Below the pieces are notes generated by a model. It was not told the DNA's origin, searched no databases, and saw nothing but the letters and a program-made list of their open reading frames with translations. DNA of 64,000 nt from Tubiluchus corallicola (lineage: Eukaryota > Animalia > Priapulida). A program made the translations under genes and the position numbers. Position 1 is the stretch's first letter; each line of letters opens with the position of its first letter. Shown piece by piece: positions 47,268 through 59,208 of this stretch. The DNA lies in NCBI GenBank assembly GCA_030141605.1, contig JAQGDQ010000607.1, positions 65,842-129,841 on the forward strand. The letters run 5' to 3'.

Positions 47268-48640
47268 TGTTATGAATAAATTTCGGAAAATGAATTTCGG
47301 TAAATATTAATTGAGTTATCAGATGAATTAGATTCAGATGATAAACTCGCGCCTCCCTGATTTTGTCAAGGAAATTTATACAGAGTGAATAGGAAACTCA
47401 CCCAGCTGGTGCTCAAATTCAATGAGTTAAAATTGTCACACGATAGTAGAAGGACAGGTGTAGAATTTGAGAAGACACTGTTGATTAAGCAGCAGGTATG
47501 CAGAGTAGAAGACAATAAGTAGAAGGTCAATAACGATCATTTGTCGCGTGCAGAGAAGATAATTAAAAGAGCCAAGGTCTAGTATCAGTGCTCATCGAAC
47601 ATTAAAATGAAATCAGAAGATATTCCGCCCAGATGGTGGGGAAGAAGTCAAAAGCGGCGGAATTTAAGAACAGTCATTATTGGTTATAAAATCAGAAAGT
47701 GAAGGAGTTAGCCGCTGTCCAAGAGGTAGAGTGTTGCCAGATGGTGCAATACACGAAGGTCAGACATTTGAGATATAAGCTCAGGAAAAATATTCCAACG
47801 ACACACAACGGGGTGACGTGAGAGTCACATTCACCACGAGAGAGAGAGGGAGTCTGACAGTGGTTGCCGCCACATCGTGTTGTGTCCGGGACATCTTCTG
47901 AAAGATAAGAAGCAACGTTGTCCCAGCATGGAGGAACAATCTACGTACTTAGCATAGTCTGAGCACTGGTGCTACGTAGTCTCGATAGGAAACAGGGATT
48001 TGGCCAATAGCAGTGGTACATTGGCCAATCCACAAGTTAATTGTTTTAACTTATCTGTTTTGTATTTGGTATCTGATACAGTTGTAACCGAAACGTTGTA
48101 TGAATTAAGCACCTTCAGTGCATCATACCTATATCATAAATCAGTTAGGTGGATAGCATCATCTTTGGAGGTAAACATTAGTTGTAAACACGCACCGGCG
48201 TATAAGGGCAAATCTTGTATTTAAACCAGAGGTGATTAAATTGTAAACTGTAAAGTTCAATAAAGTCTATTCGCTGTATTAACTTAAACATTGAGTTTGT
48301 GAATGTTTAAAGCGTTATTGGTAACTCATAACCTCAACACTAGATCCTTGATTCGAACCTGAAGCGATTCGCAGTGTAGAGCTCAATTGCGGGAGCTGGC
48401 TTGTAAACGTGAGGGATAAAGATCTGACTCACAACGCAAGTTCGAGGTGATAGTCGTGTAGGACAGATCATTGCCTTATCGACTGAACCAAAGCCCTCGG
48501 AGTCGGGTAATCGATAACCGATCAGTTACCTGTAAGCAATCGATAAGCGAATCCAAATCATTAATAATTCGATTAATTACTCCAATTAATCAAGGTCACT
48601 CTATACGGCAAATTACTATACGACAAAATAAGAGGGTGAT
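47268..48640 (+). mobile_element. LTR retrotransposon remnant (LTR ~47268-48333 plus internal fragment) nested in a Harbinger-like MITE
   Basis: tgttatga...tcataac ends, AATAAA ~48259; host sequence ctcacgcatta|gtttagcaaat resumes after the insertion with atta duplicated. Confidence 0.65.
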
Positions 48641-49108
48641 AATTAGTTTAGCAAATGCAGTTGTTTTACTAGCAGCGTATCTTAACTACAATCATCGTCT
48701 GACGTGCGTGTTGTTAAAGCAAAGTCGTGTGCTGCATCAGTTCAGTAATTTCAGTTGATTTACGTGGACTTTACTCAATTATGCATTAGCCTGTGGGTTG
48801 AGTGATTTACTAGCAGGACCTTGCTTGGGAACAAGAAAAATGAACTACCTGGTAGGTAAGGTTCTAGCCAGCTGTTAAAACTGTTACGATTGCAAAAGCA
48901 TTGGCTACAAGGCCGAGGCGTTGTCAAGTGTACACAAATGCGTTGTCTGGTACACTTAACCCTTGACTTTTTCACGATCATCATCAATCGCTGGAACTGC
49001 GAAAAGGCTTATCGGTTTACAACTGATTTAAACGTAACGCTTGCCTAGATTCCTGAAATTACAAACGGTATTTGAAACTAAAAAAGATCAAATTTTAACG
49101 TATTTCAG

Positions 49109-49216
49109 TTAAATTTGGCGTCAAATTTTGATGTGAATCGGTACCTCACGAAGAAGACAGTTACTCAAGGAATGCTGGATGTGGCACTGCTGATGTCTAA
49201 TACATCTCAGTTAAAA
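49109..49216 (+). CDS. Ninjurin B core exon (amphipathic helices)
   Basis: LNLASNFDVNRYLTKKTVTQGMLDVALLMSNTSQLK; same 108-nt length and phases as paralog A exon 3. Confidence 0.92.
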
Positions 49217-49229
49217 GTAAGTACGTTTC

Positions 49230-49586
49230 TGTTGTGGAGATCGCTGGCATCTATTGGAATTAAATAGAACATAGTAGAATGTTCCATTAGAATAATCGTC
49301 TTACCTTGTAGAATGCTCTAGAAAGAAACGTCTAGAATGTTCCCTGGCACCCTATATAAGTCGAAGCAGACTGCTGAAAGACACACAGATTCACACGGAC
49401 GCCATTTACACATTCTCTTGTATACTTACATTTTCAGATACATTCAAACGTTTTCCAGATTTTCACGTTTACTGTAAACATTTCGCGTTCCTTCATACTT
49501 TTGTGTTGTAGAATTCTCGCTTAATAAACTAGTTTAATCTGAAGGCGTGTTTTCTGGTTTTCTCTACGAGCCTTCCGAGAGAAACA
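49230..49586 (+). mobile_element. Solo LTR inserted 13 nt downstream of the Ninjurin B donor
   Basis: TG...CA ends, TATA (cctatataag), AATAAA, 5-bp TSD gtttc/atttc; empty site visible in paralog A. Confidence 0.85.
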
Positions 49587-50599
49587 ATTTCCTAATTGAG
49601 AATTCTGCTCCTGAAAAGACAAGAAAATGGCCAACCAAAGTAAGTCTCAGAAAATTATATCACCTAAGTATAATCTTAAGGGAACAAAGTACTCACCTTT
49701 TCCCCATTCACTTCAGTTTTTGAAAAATATTTCAACTGCTGCAGTAAACGTTGGTGCAGACATGTTTCATTTAGTCCGTGAGTCCTGAGAAGTTTAGCAT
49801 ATTTAACTTTTTAAGAAAATCGGGGCCAGACTGTGACCTTCTTGGGCCCCTAGGCTAATGAAATTGTGGGGCCTCCTCGGCTGGAGCTGTCCTCAAACTC
49901 GTTCAAACCCGTCTGAAATATTTTTTTTCGTGATATAGTGTAAATTTTAACAATATTTACACACAAGGAAGTAAAATTATTGGAAATTCTTTAAACAAAC
50001 TAAAATAGCTTGTTTGTCAATAAAAATATTCTTCAAGAAATACCAATATTTTACTATTTATTGCAAACCAAATTAGCACATTTTTTAACACGACCCTAGT
50101 GAAAAAAAAAAGATTTTACAGATGTTACCAGAACTTGTTGAGCCTCAAGCTTAAGGAGTCCTAGGTTGCAGCTTATAGTAACCTACGGGATACTATAAGG
50201 ATACTATATAGGATACTGTAATACGGCCTATGCAGATAGACAAAACTTTTTTTTACTTTTTGGCCAAAAATTTACTGGTAAAAGTAAAAATGCAGAATAT
50301 TATTGTGTAGTTCTGTTTTTTTTTTCAGAAATTTTTTCATTAATCTTTTTTGAAGCATGCTAAAACAGTATAAAACGGGTTTGGCTCTTCAGCGTAAAAT
50401 TTGGGGCAGCTTTATTGAAATGAAATAACAACGATTTATGCCTCGAATGCTTTTTTGATAGCTTATTGTGCTTGTCTTGATGTGATTTGGGTGTTGAGAA
50501 ACTTGTCTAGACTTTTGTCACTTTGTGATCATGTTGTAGGAGCCCTTCTCTTTTTTGTCATTGTTAAAGTTGGTTTAAGTTGATGTTCTGCGTGCGTCT

Positions 50600-51714
50600 T
50601 GTATTATGTGTTATGTCTGTAGTTATCACCTTAACATCTAAGGTTCGGCAGTCAATGTATTATGTGTTATGTCTGTAGTTATCACTTTAACTTCTAAGGT
50701 TGGGCAATCAATGTATTATGTGTTATGTCTGTAGTTATCACCTTAACATCTAATGCTGGGCAGTCAATGTATTATGTGTTATGTCTGTAGTTATCACCTT
50801 AACATCTAATGTTGGGCAGTCAATGTATTATGTGTTATGTCTGTAGTTATCGCCTTGACATCTAAGGTTTAGCAGTCAATGTATTATGTGTTATGTCTGT
50901 AGTTATCACCTTAACATCTAAGGTTCGGCAGTCAATGTATTATGTGTTATGTCTGTAGTTATCACTTTAACATCTAAGGTTGGGCAGTCAATGTATTATG
51001 TGTTATGTCTGTAGTTATCACCTTAACATCTAATGCTGGGCAGTCAATGTATTATGTGTTATGTCTGTAGTTATCACCTTAACATCTAATGTTGGGCAGT
51101 CAATGTATTATGTGTTATGTCTGCAGTTATCGCCTTGACATCTAAGGTTTAGCAGTCAATGTATTATGTGTTATGTCTGTAGTTATCACCTTAACATCTA
51201 ATGTTGGGCAGTCAATGTATTATGTGTTATGTCTGTAGTTATCACCTTAACATCTAAGGTTGGGCAGTCAATGTATTATGTGTTATGTCTGTAGTTATCA
51301 CCTTAACATCTAAGGTTGGGCAGTCAATGTATTATGTGTTATGTCTGTAGTTATCACCTTAACATCTAATGTTGGGCAGTCAATGTATTATGTGTTATGT
51401 CTGTAGTTATCCCTTACATCTAAGGTTGCAGTCAATGTATTATGTGTTATGTCTGTAGTTATCACTTAACATCTAAGGTTGGCAGTCAATGTATTATGTG
51501 TTATGTCTGTAGTTATCACTTAACATCTAAGGTTGGGCAGTCAATGTATTATGTGTTATGTCTGTAGTTATCACCTTAACATCTAATGTTGGGCAGTCAA
51601 TGTATTATGTGTTATGTCTGTAGTTATCACCTTAACATCTAAGGTTGGGCAGTCAATGTATTATGTGTTATGTCTGTAGTTATCACCTTTGCATCTAGTG
51701 TTGGGCAGTGAATG
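50600..51714 (+). repeat. 56-bp satellite x ~20
   Basis: Unit aatgtattatgtgttatgtctgtagttatcaccttaacatctaaggttgggcagtc. Confidence 0.97.
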
Positions 51715-52462
51715 TGACTTGGTCCCCACCTGGAGTGTTTGAAGATAATGAGTAGGGACCGAAATCTTTCCTGGTGACTCAACTGATGACCCTTTTGCTT
51801 TGGTTGTAATTTTTAATGTGTGTCCCGTTGTAGATTGTGTGATTTGCAGTTGTTTGTCTCTTTTTGTTGTTCGTGTGTGGTGGTGTCGAACGAAAATTTA
51901 ATTTGGTAAATATGTAGTAAAATTAGTGAGTGTAACAGAACCATTATGTGCACTTATATGTATTTTAGATATAGAAAACAAAATTGTTTGATATTTTTAT
52001 CATATTATCGCGTTCATATTTTTCAAGTACAGCATTCTAGAAAAATGTAACAGGCTAGGTTTTTACTTTTTTAGTTTTCTCCTATTAACCTCTCTGCCAA
52101 TGAGCACATTTGTGTAACAAAGGTGAATAAACGCCTTCAGTGTGAGAATGCTCATTTACAGTAAAAGAGGACCTGTTAAACGATGTTAAAAGCGTGAAGC
52201 CCAGTTAAGGTGCAGTGTCACGTGAGCAAGTGATTCAGAACCGAAGCGTAGGCGTCGATGCGTCGAAGCTCGGCGCACGATATATAAGCCTTGTGATGCG
52301 CCCAGCTCATGGGAATGAGTCTGGGAGCTGAAGGAGAGCAGGCTAGATCAGGGGGCTTGGCATTACTATCTGTTATATTTATTGTGTTCTATCTGACTCT
52401 TCATAGTTTTGCCATCACTAAAACACCAATAATCAGCTTTAGACAACCAACACAACGAATTA

Positions 52463-52887
52463 CAGTCAACTCTCGTTAAACTGGACTAATTGGGGGTGGG
52501 GGGTAGTCCGGTTTAGCCGATTGTCCGGTTTATCCGATATGCCTATATATGGTCTATATTATACAGGAAAAATCACCTTAATAAGGCGTATATACATTGC
52601 ACTATATACTATACTGTATATTACTTTAAAATAGCTAACCTGTGAGGATAAAGAAATTAGTGAGTGCTTTCGATGGGGTAAGCAAACTGAAATTTGGCGG
52701 GAATTGTAGCAGCCTGGGCGGCACCGCGAGCCGTTTCGGCCCGTCAATGGCTCGTGGTGAGTTGGTAGGCCGTGTTGTGTTTAGCGCTCCGACTCGGTCG
52801 GAAATCGGTCAGTTTCCTTTACCACGGATGACGTCCGTCTTGTCCGATATCCGGGCTAACGGGGTCCGGTTTAACGAGGGTCGACTG
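52463..52887. mobile_element. Tc1/pogo-type MITE
   Basis: TIR cagtcaactctcgttaaactggac / gtccggtttaacgagggtcgactg; TA TSD. Confidence 0.88.
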
Positions 52888-52899
52888 TATTTTACTTTT

Positions 52900-53290
52900 A
52901 CTAATAAATGTTAGTTTCAGGTTTTGCTGCAAGTTGGTCACTGCTACTATATTCTGATGATGGGGTTGGTAGTGTCGTCAATTGTACTGCCTGTAGCAAG
53001 CTTGTGTAACAAAGATGAATAAACGCCTTCGGTGTAAGAATGCTCATTTACTAATAATTGTTAATTTCAGGTTTTGCTACAAGTTGGTCATCGCTACTAT
53101 ATTCTGATGATGGGGTTGGTAGTGTCGTCAATTGTACTGCCTGTAGCAAGCTTGTGTAACAAAGGTGAATAAACGCCTTCGGTGTGAGAATGCTCATTTA
53201 CTAATAATTGTTAATTTCAGGTTTTGCTACAAGTTGGTCATCGCTACTATATTCTGATGATGGGGTTGGTGGTGTCGTCTATTGTACTGC
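52900..53290 (+). repeat. 150-bp tandem triplication spanning the Ninjurin B terminal acceptor
   Basis: tttcag|gttttgct at 52920, 53070, 53220. Confidence 0.95.
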
Positions 53291-53538
53291 AGTGTTTAGC
53301 GGGTGCAATGTTTATACTATTAGGCAAGACGAATATTAGACACGATCACAAACAGATGAAAGCAGACAAGATGAACAATATAGTGACAGTGATTGTCTTC
53401 TTTGTCACAGTGGTCAATATCTTCATAGGTGCTTTCGGAATTTCGGCCAGTGAAGAAGAAGTAGCCAAACCTGACGCGGACACGTTGGACACACCCCCGA
53501 AATCATCGTGGGGTTCTACTACCACGTCGTCGTGGTAG
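53221..53538 (+). CDS. Ninjurin B terminal exon
   Basis: VLLQVGHRYYILMMGLVVSSIVLQCLAG...DKMNNIVTVIVFFVTVVNIFIGAFG...SSW*. Confidence 0.9.
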   Translation, partial: VLLQVGHRYYILMMGLVVSSIVLQCLAGAMFILLGKTNIRHDHKQMKADKMNNIVTVIVFFVTVVNIFIGAFGISASEEEVAKPDADTLDTPPKSSWGSTTTSSW

Positions 53539-53923
53539 AACTGAACTTTTTGATGGACACCTCGACTAAGAAACCGTAAAACTAATAGACCAATGTTACA
53601 CGGCCTCTTTACGTAATCAACGAAAACGAAATTTTTAGAAATCCGCAGTGCGAAATATGATGTGCGACCGAGTGACGCTTTGACAATTTTGATGTAAAAC
53701 GGGGAGCCACATCTGAATTCAGGAACTCCTCCTTTTCATCAAAGTGCCGACCATTCCACCTGCTCCAAATCAGCTTCACACAAATGGGTAGCAATTTCTC
53801 TACGTTAGCAGCTATCTCTTATTACATGTATATGTTCATTTATGTGTTTATTAAAAATATTTTCTCAATTAACGCACTCAATGTCATAGTAGGCTTATGT
53901 TTGAATGGGCAACATTGTTAATA

Positions 53924-54747
53924 CAGTCAACCTCGGGTATAAGGTACTCGCTTATAAGATCCTCGCTTATAAAGTACATTTGCTTATAAGGTACTCGATT
54001 ATAAAGTACATTCGCTCATAAGGTACTCGCTTATAAGGTACACTCGCTTATAAGGTACTCGCTTATAAGGTACTCGCTTATAAAGTACTCGCTTATAAGG
54101 TACTCGCTTATAAGGTACTCGATTATAAGGTACTCGTTTATAAGATTCTCACTTATAAGGTACTCGCTTATAAGATCCTCGCTTATAAAGTACATTCGCT
54201 TATAAGGTACTCGATTATAAGGTACATTCGCTTATAAGGTACTCGATTATAAGGTACTCGCTCATAAGGTACTCGCTTATAAGGTACTCGCTTATAAGGT
54301 ACTCGCTTATAAGGTACACTCGCTTATAAGGTACTCGCTTATAAGGTACTCGCTTATAAGGTACTCGCTTATAAGGGACACTCGCTTATAAGGTACTCGC
54401 TTATAAGGTACTTGCTTATAAGGTACACTCGCTTATAAGGTACATTCGCTTATAAGGTACTCGCTTATATGGTACTCGCTTGTAAGGGACACTCGCTTAT
54501 AAGGGACACTCGCATATGAGGTACATTCGCTTATAAGGTACTCGCTTATAAGAGACACTCGCTTATAAGGTACTCGCTTATAAGGTACTTGCTTATAAGG
54601 TACACTCGCTTATAAGGTACTCGCTTATAAGGTACTCGCTTATATGGTACTCGCTTGTAAGGGACACTCGCTTATAAGGGACACTCGCATATGAGGTACA
54701 TTCGCTTATAAGGTACTCGCTTATAAGAGACACTCGCTTATAAGGGA
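53924..54747. repeat. 15-19-bp minisatellite (ctcgcttataaggta) starting from a pogo-like terminus
   Basis: ta|cagtcaacctcgg start, then tandem units with palindromic core cttataag. Confidence 0.92.
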
Positions 54748-55024
54748 CCACCAACAAAATACATAATAATAAAACTAAATACATGATAATTACGAAGTCT
54801 TTCAAAAGGTAAGCAATATAACTTTGTATGGAAAGTTTTTATTACATACATTAAAATTTCCTTTTCTTTAAGGAATGAGTAGGTTAGTGATTAATAAAAA
54901 AGATAATGTCAACCTACATGCTAAGTTGAATAAGCAGATGTAAACCACACACAAGATCTGAAGAGATAAAGCCCTTTTAGAAATGTCTTGAGATATATAT
55001 ATATATATATACATATATATATAA

Positions 55025-56090
55025 TAATCTTTATTTGCCATTAAAATACATTGATAATCACTGATAAAAACTTTACAGAGACGATCAATCAGTGTTAGTT
55101 AATAAAAACTTACACTGCTAAAGGCAAATGCGTCAGTGCAATCTAAACTACTGTGCAGTAATGGAAAGTAACGACGAATAAAATCAAACGTATTTACAAC
55201 TATGCACAAAAAATGAAAAAACTATGATTTAATTAACATGGCCGTGGATATATGAATTCTGAATTAGTGTGTGTGTTGTCGTACTGGTGTGATGGTATTT
55301 CATATCTGGTTAATATTAGTGATTTTAATTTTGTTTTAAATGCTGATAGGGACTTGATTTGTTTAACCTGTAATGGTAGAGAATTCCAAAGTAGAATTGC
55401 TTGTTTGATTACAGAGTTCGTTCCATAGTGGGTATTTGTCCTAATTTGTTTTAGATTACTTAACCCTTTCATACCCGTTGCATCCCATTATATCTGTTAA
55501 TAGTTATTTTGATTTAAGCCAATAACAATAGACTAAAATTTGTGATAAAATGGCAAACTAGAAAATCTACATAGCATAAAAAACTGTGCAAGGTACAGTA
55601 CTTTAGAGATGACTTTGTACAGATCAGCATAGCATGCATACTAAATGTCTTAAATAGTTTAAAAAATCATCAGCAGTTGCAAAATGAAGCACATTTTATG
55701 CTTCCATTGAATCCCAATGTATCCCGTGGGATACAGGCTATATTTAGCACGCGGGCACAGGTAGAAAAAAAACAAGTATTATGTGTAAACAAGATGGACA
55801 TACTGAACAAAAGTACCAAATAAAAAAAAATTTCTTATTAAAAAATTAATTTGGGACTGAAAGGGTTATTCTGGAATCAAGCGTTATAATACTTTATTAA
55901 GGCGATGCGAGTGTCAGGCACTGAATTGTTTTTGGGTCAACAAGTTTGTCATTTATCTTGGTAAAGTTATGACAAGCATATGAAACGCTACTTGAACTTA
56001 CTGTTAAATAATTCATGCAACTGTGTATAGGAAACTTGTTACAGTTGTGAAAAATTGCATTACCGGGTTTAGGCATATAGAAGTGCAGCA
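55025..56090 (-). mobile_element. L2/Crack-type LINE 3' remnant interrupted by a MITE
   Basis: IRTNTHYGTNSVIKQAILLWNSLPLQVKQIKSLSAFKTKLK. Confidence 0.75.
55464..55865. mobile_element. piggyBac-like MITE
   Basis: ttaa|ccctttca ... tgaaaggg|ttat. Confidence 0.7.
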
Positions 56091-56567
56091 GTGAAAAGAC
56101 TACAGCCGTTTACCATGGTAAGTTGTTCAAAATAATTACATTATTAATTATTGCTGTTAGTTAATTACGTATCGTAGACGTTAGCAATGATCACAACGCA
56201 AGTTGCTTTAGTATTTTCATAACCGTCATAAATCAAGATTTTATTATTAAAACAACGTTACTTTGATAAAAGATTTAAATTTACAACTGTTTAAATATGT
56301 CCAAACGTTTCAACATCGATCAAATGTCGTCATCAGCGGTACTCTATACAAACAACAATCAGTTTATATACGCAGGGCCAGCAGTATGGAAAATTATGCA
56401 CTAATTATGTATTTGCAAAGAAGAATTTTCATATCCCTTAACTGTATTTTCAAACACTAAGCTATTTGTTACTGCATCTACACTGTATTTCGTTTCTACA
56501 GGTCTGTTTAAAGTGTTTATTCATTACTTCGGCTTTTGTAAATAAATAAAAGTTTTGATTTGGCTTG

Positions 56568-56990
56568 TAACTACAGACATAACACATAATACATTGACTG
56601 CCCAACCTTAGATGTTAAAGTGATAAATACAAACATAATACATAACACATTGACTGCGCAACCTTAGATATTAAAGTGATAACTACAGACATAACACATA
56701 ATACATTGACTGCGCAACCTTAGATATTAAAGTGATAACTACAGACATAACACATAATACATTGACTGCCCAACCTTAGATGTTAAAGTGATAAATACAG
56801 ACATAATACATAATACATTGACTGCGCAACCTTAGATATTAAAGTGATAACTACAGACATAACACATAATACATTGACTGCCCAACCTTAGATGTTAAAG
56901 TGATAAATACAGACATAATACATAATACATTGACTGCGCAACCTTAGATATTAAAGTGATAACTACAGACATAACACATAATACAATACA
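56568..56990 (-). repeat. 56-bp satellite x ~7.5, inverted relative to 50600-51714
   Basis: Reverse complement of the same unit. Confidence 0.95.
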
Positions 56991-58180
56991 CGCACATCAC
57001 GTGTGCAGAGCTGGAAGTGCGTCTGTGGGTAATGTGTCCGGGTCACTTGGGTTACATGGGTGTGGACCTACAGCCACACCCAAATGACCCAGGTTCCACA
57101 GTAATCTTAATAAAACGTGACTATGCTCAACAGGTTACTGAACACTTTAAAATCATGATCACAGTTTTTCTTAGTTCTCGCTCCATTTCATCTTTCATTC
57201 ACTACTCCCCCCACATTTATGTATATATCATCATTATTTCAATTATTAATCTCTTCTTTAAGATTTCCACGTACAGTTTGGCCTATCAAGCTATGCTTTT
57301 AGGCTCAAACTGTATGCAGCAAAATTACTCTGTAATGTAATTTGCACATGTATATGCTGCATTAAGAATCTCTTATGTATAAGAATATCGCCGATTGTGC
57401 ACAACATGCACTAAATACAAGTCCAACAGTCTATTAGATGTAATTTACGATTTTATATTGTCCAAAATGTGCAATCATCGTCTCATCCCAAAATCACTAT
57501 CACATCATGACATATTTGACTGTCTGACTGACTGACTGATATATTATGAGCGACTCGACTTCGTTTTATCTGAAGCAAATAAAAACATTTTCTGCTAATC
57601 CAATGTTAAAAGGATAATTAACTGCTATAATGAAAATGTGTAATAATATTATAAAATATGAAGGAATCAAACTTACATCTTTGCCGCATCTTACTAACTT
57701 GCTAAAGAGAACTCGACTGACAAAATTTTGTTAGAAAACGACACGACGTACTGAACAAGAATGACTTCTTTCCTATCCTGTCTGCAAAATGAGGCCAATG
57801 GCCTATTTCCTGTCCTAGCTCACCTGTCTATCAACAGCATAAGTTTGCAAAAAACAAACACAAGGAGGCACCACGTGCTTATATCCAAAACACCGATGTA
57901 TTATGAGTTGTCACTAATTTCACACTGCGATTTTTGCCTGTTTTTTATTTATAAGTTGCATTATAACGATTGTTATTTTTATCTTAGAGAGTTCTCATCT
58001 TTGTGTTGGCTCTAGCAGCTGTGAAAAAAGCCAGGAGCCATGAAGATATTGATATTGACGGTTAGTGAATTCAATTCAACTTCAATTCAATTCAAAACAC
58101 GTGCATTTATTTCCATATTCATGATATAATTGAGGCAAGTAAATGTATCTAATTATCATAATGGAAATAGGATGGCGAAA

Positions 58181-58303
58181 GACCAAGAAGGTCAATGACC
58201 AAGGAGGTCAATGACCAAGAAGGTTAATGACCAAGAAGGTCAATGACCAAGAAGGTTAATGACCAAGAAGGTCAATGACCAAGAAGGTCAATGACCAAGA
58301 AGG
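58181..58303. repeat. 16-bp minisatellite (gaccaagaaggtcaat)
   Basis: Directly visible. Confidence 0.93.
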
Positions 58304-59018
58304 AATTCCTAATTGTTCTTTTGTTATGAATCTTTCAATTTAACGTACAAGGAAACACTCCACTTACATAAGGGTTAAAAATTCGTCTCCAAATTTTCTA
58401 CAACTTATATACTGCCTTTTTGCACACAGGGATTGCGTCGGCAGTAACGCTGTACAAAACGTGTAAAGTTGAACTTCCGCGTTAGATGCAACCATGCTGA
58501 CGATGTCATTTGAAACAATTTTTGATAACATTGAGTAAAGTTTGAAAAAATAATCAGAGCATTTTGATGCACATACGTCACTAACTACGTAAAATTTTAA
58601 ATTACTGTATTTTGTCAATTAGATTAGATTAAGATTAAAAATACGTTTTTGTTAGTGAGTGGTGCACCCTGGAGGTGAGTCAACGACGTTTTCGCAATTA
58701 GTGAAAACAGTTTAAATAATTAATAATTTTCTTTTCTAGTAACGTAAGTCTCTCAAGCAGGTAAGCGAAAGCTAAATAACATAGATTTGCATGAAAAGTT
58801 TTTTGGGACATAATTTAACATCGTCTTTTCTTCCTCTCATTTACGTTGTGCGTATATGACGTCACGTAATGGCGCGGTCGGAACAGTATTGCGGGACATT
58901 TAAAATGAAAACAAACAAAAATCCTTTCAACGCAAGTACGATATACACGTAAAATTGCTGTAAAGAAAGAAAATTTTCTAAGGCGATTTTACTTCAGGCG
59001 CCCTTTTCTTTTTTATAG

Positions 59019-59208
<190 letters not shown>

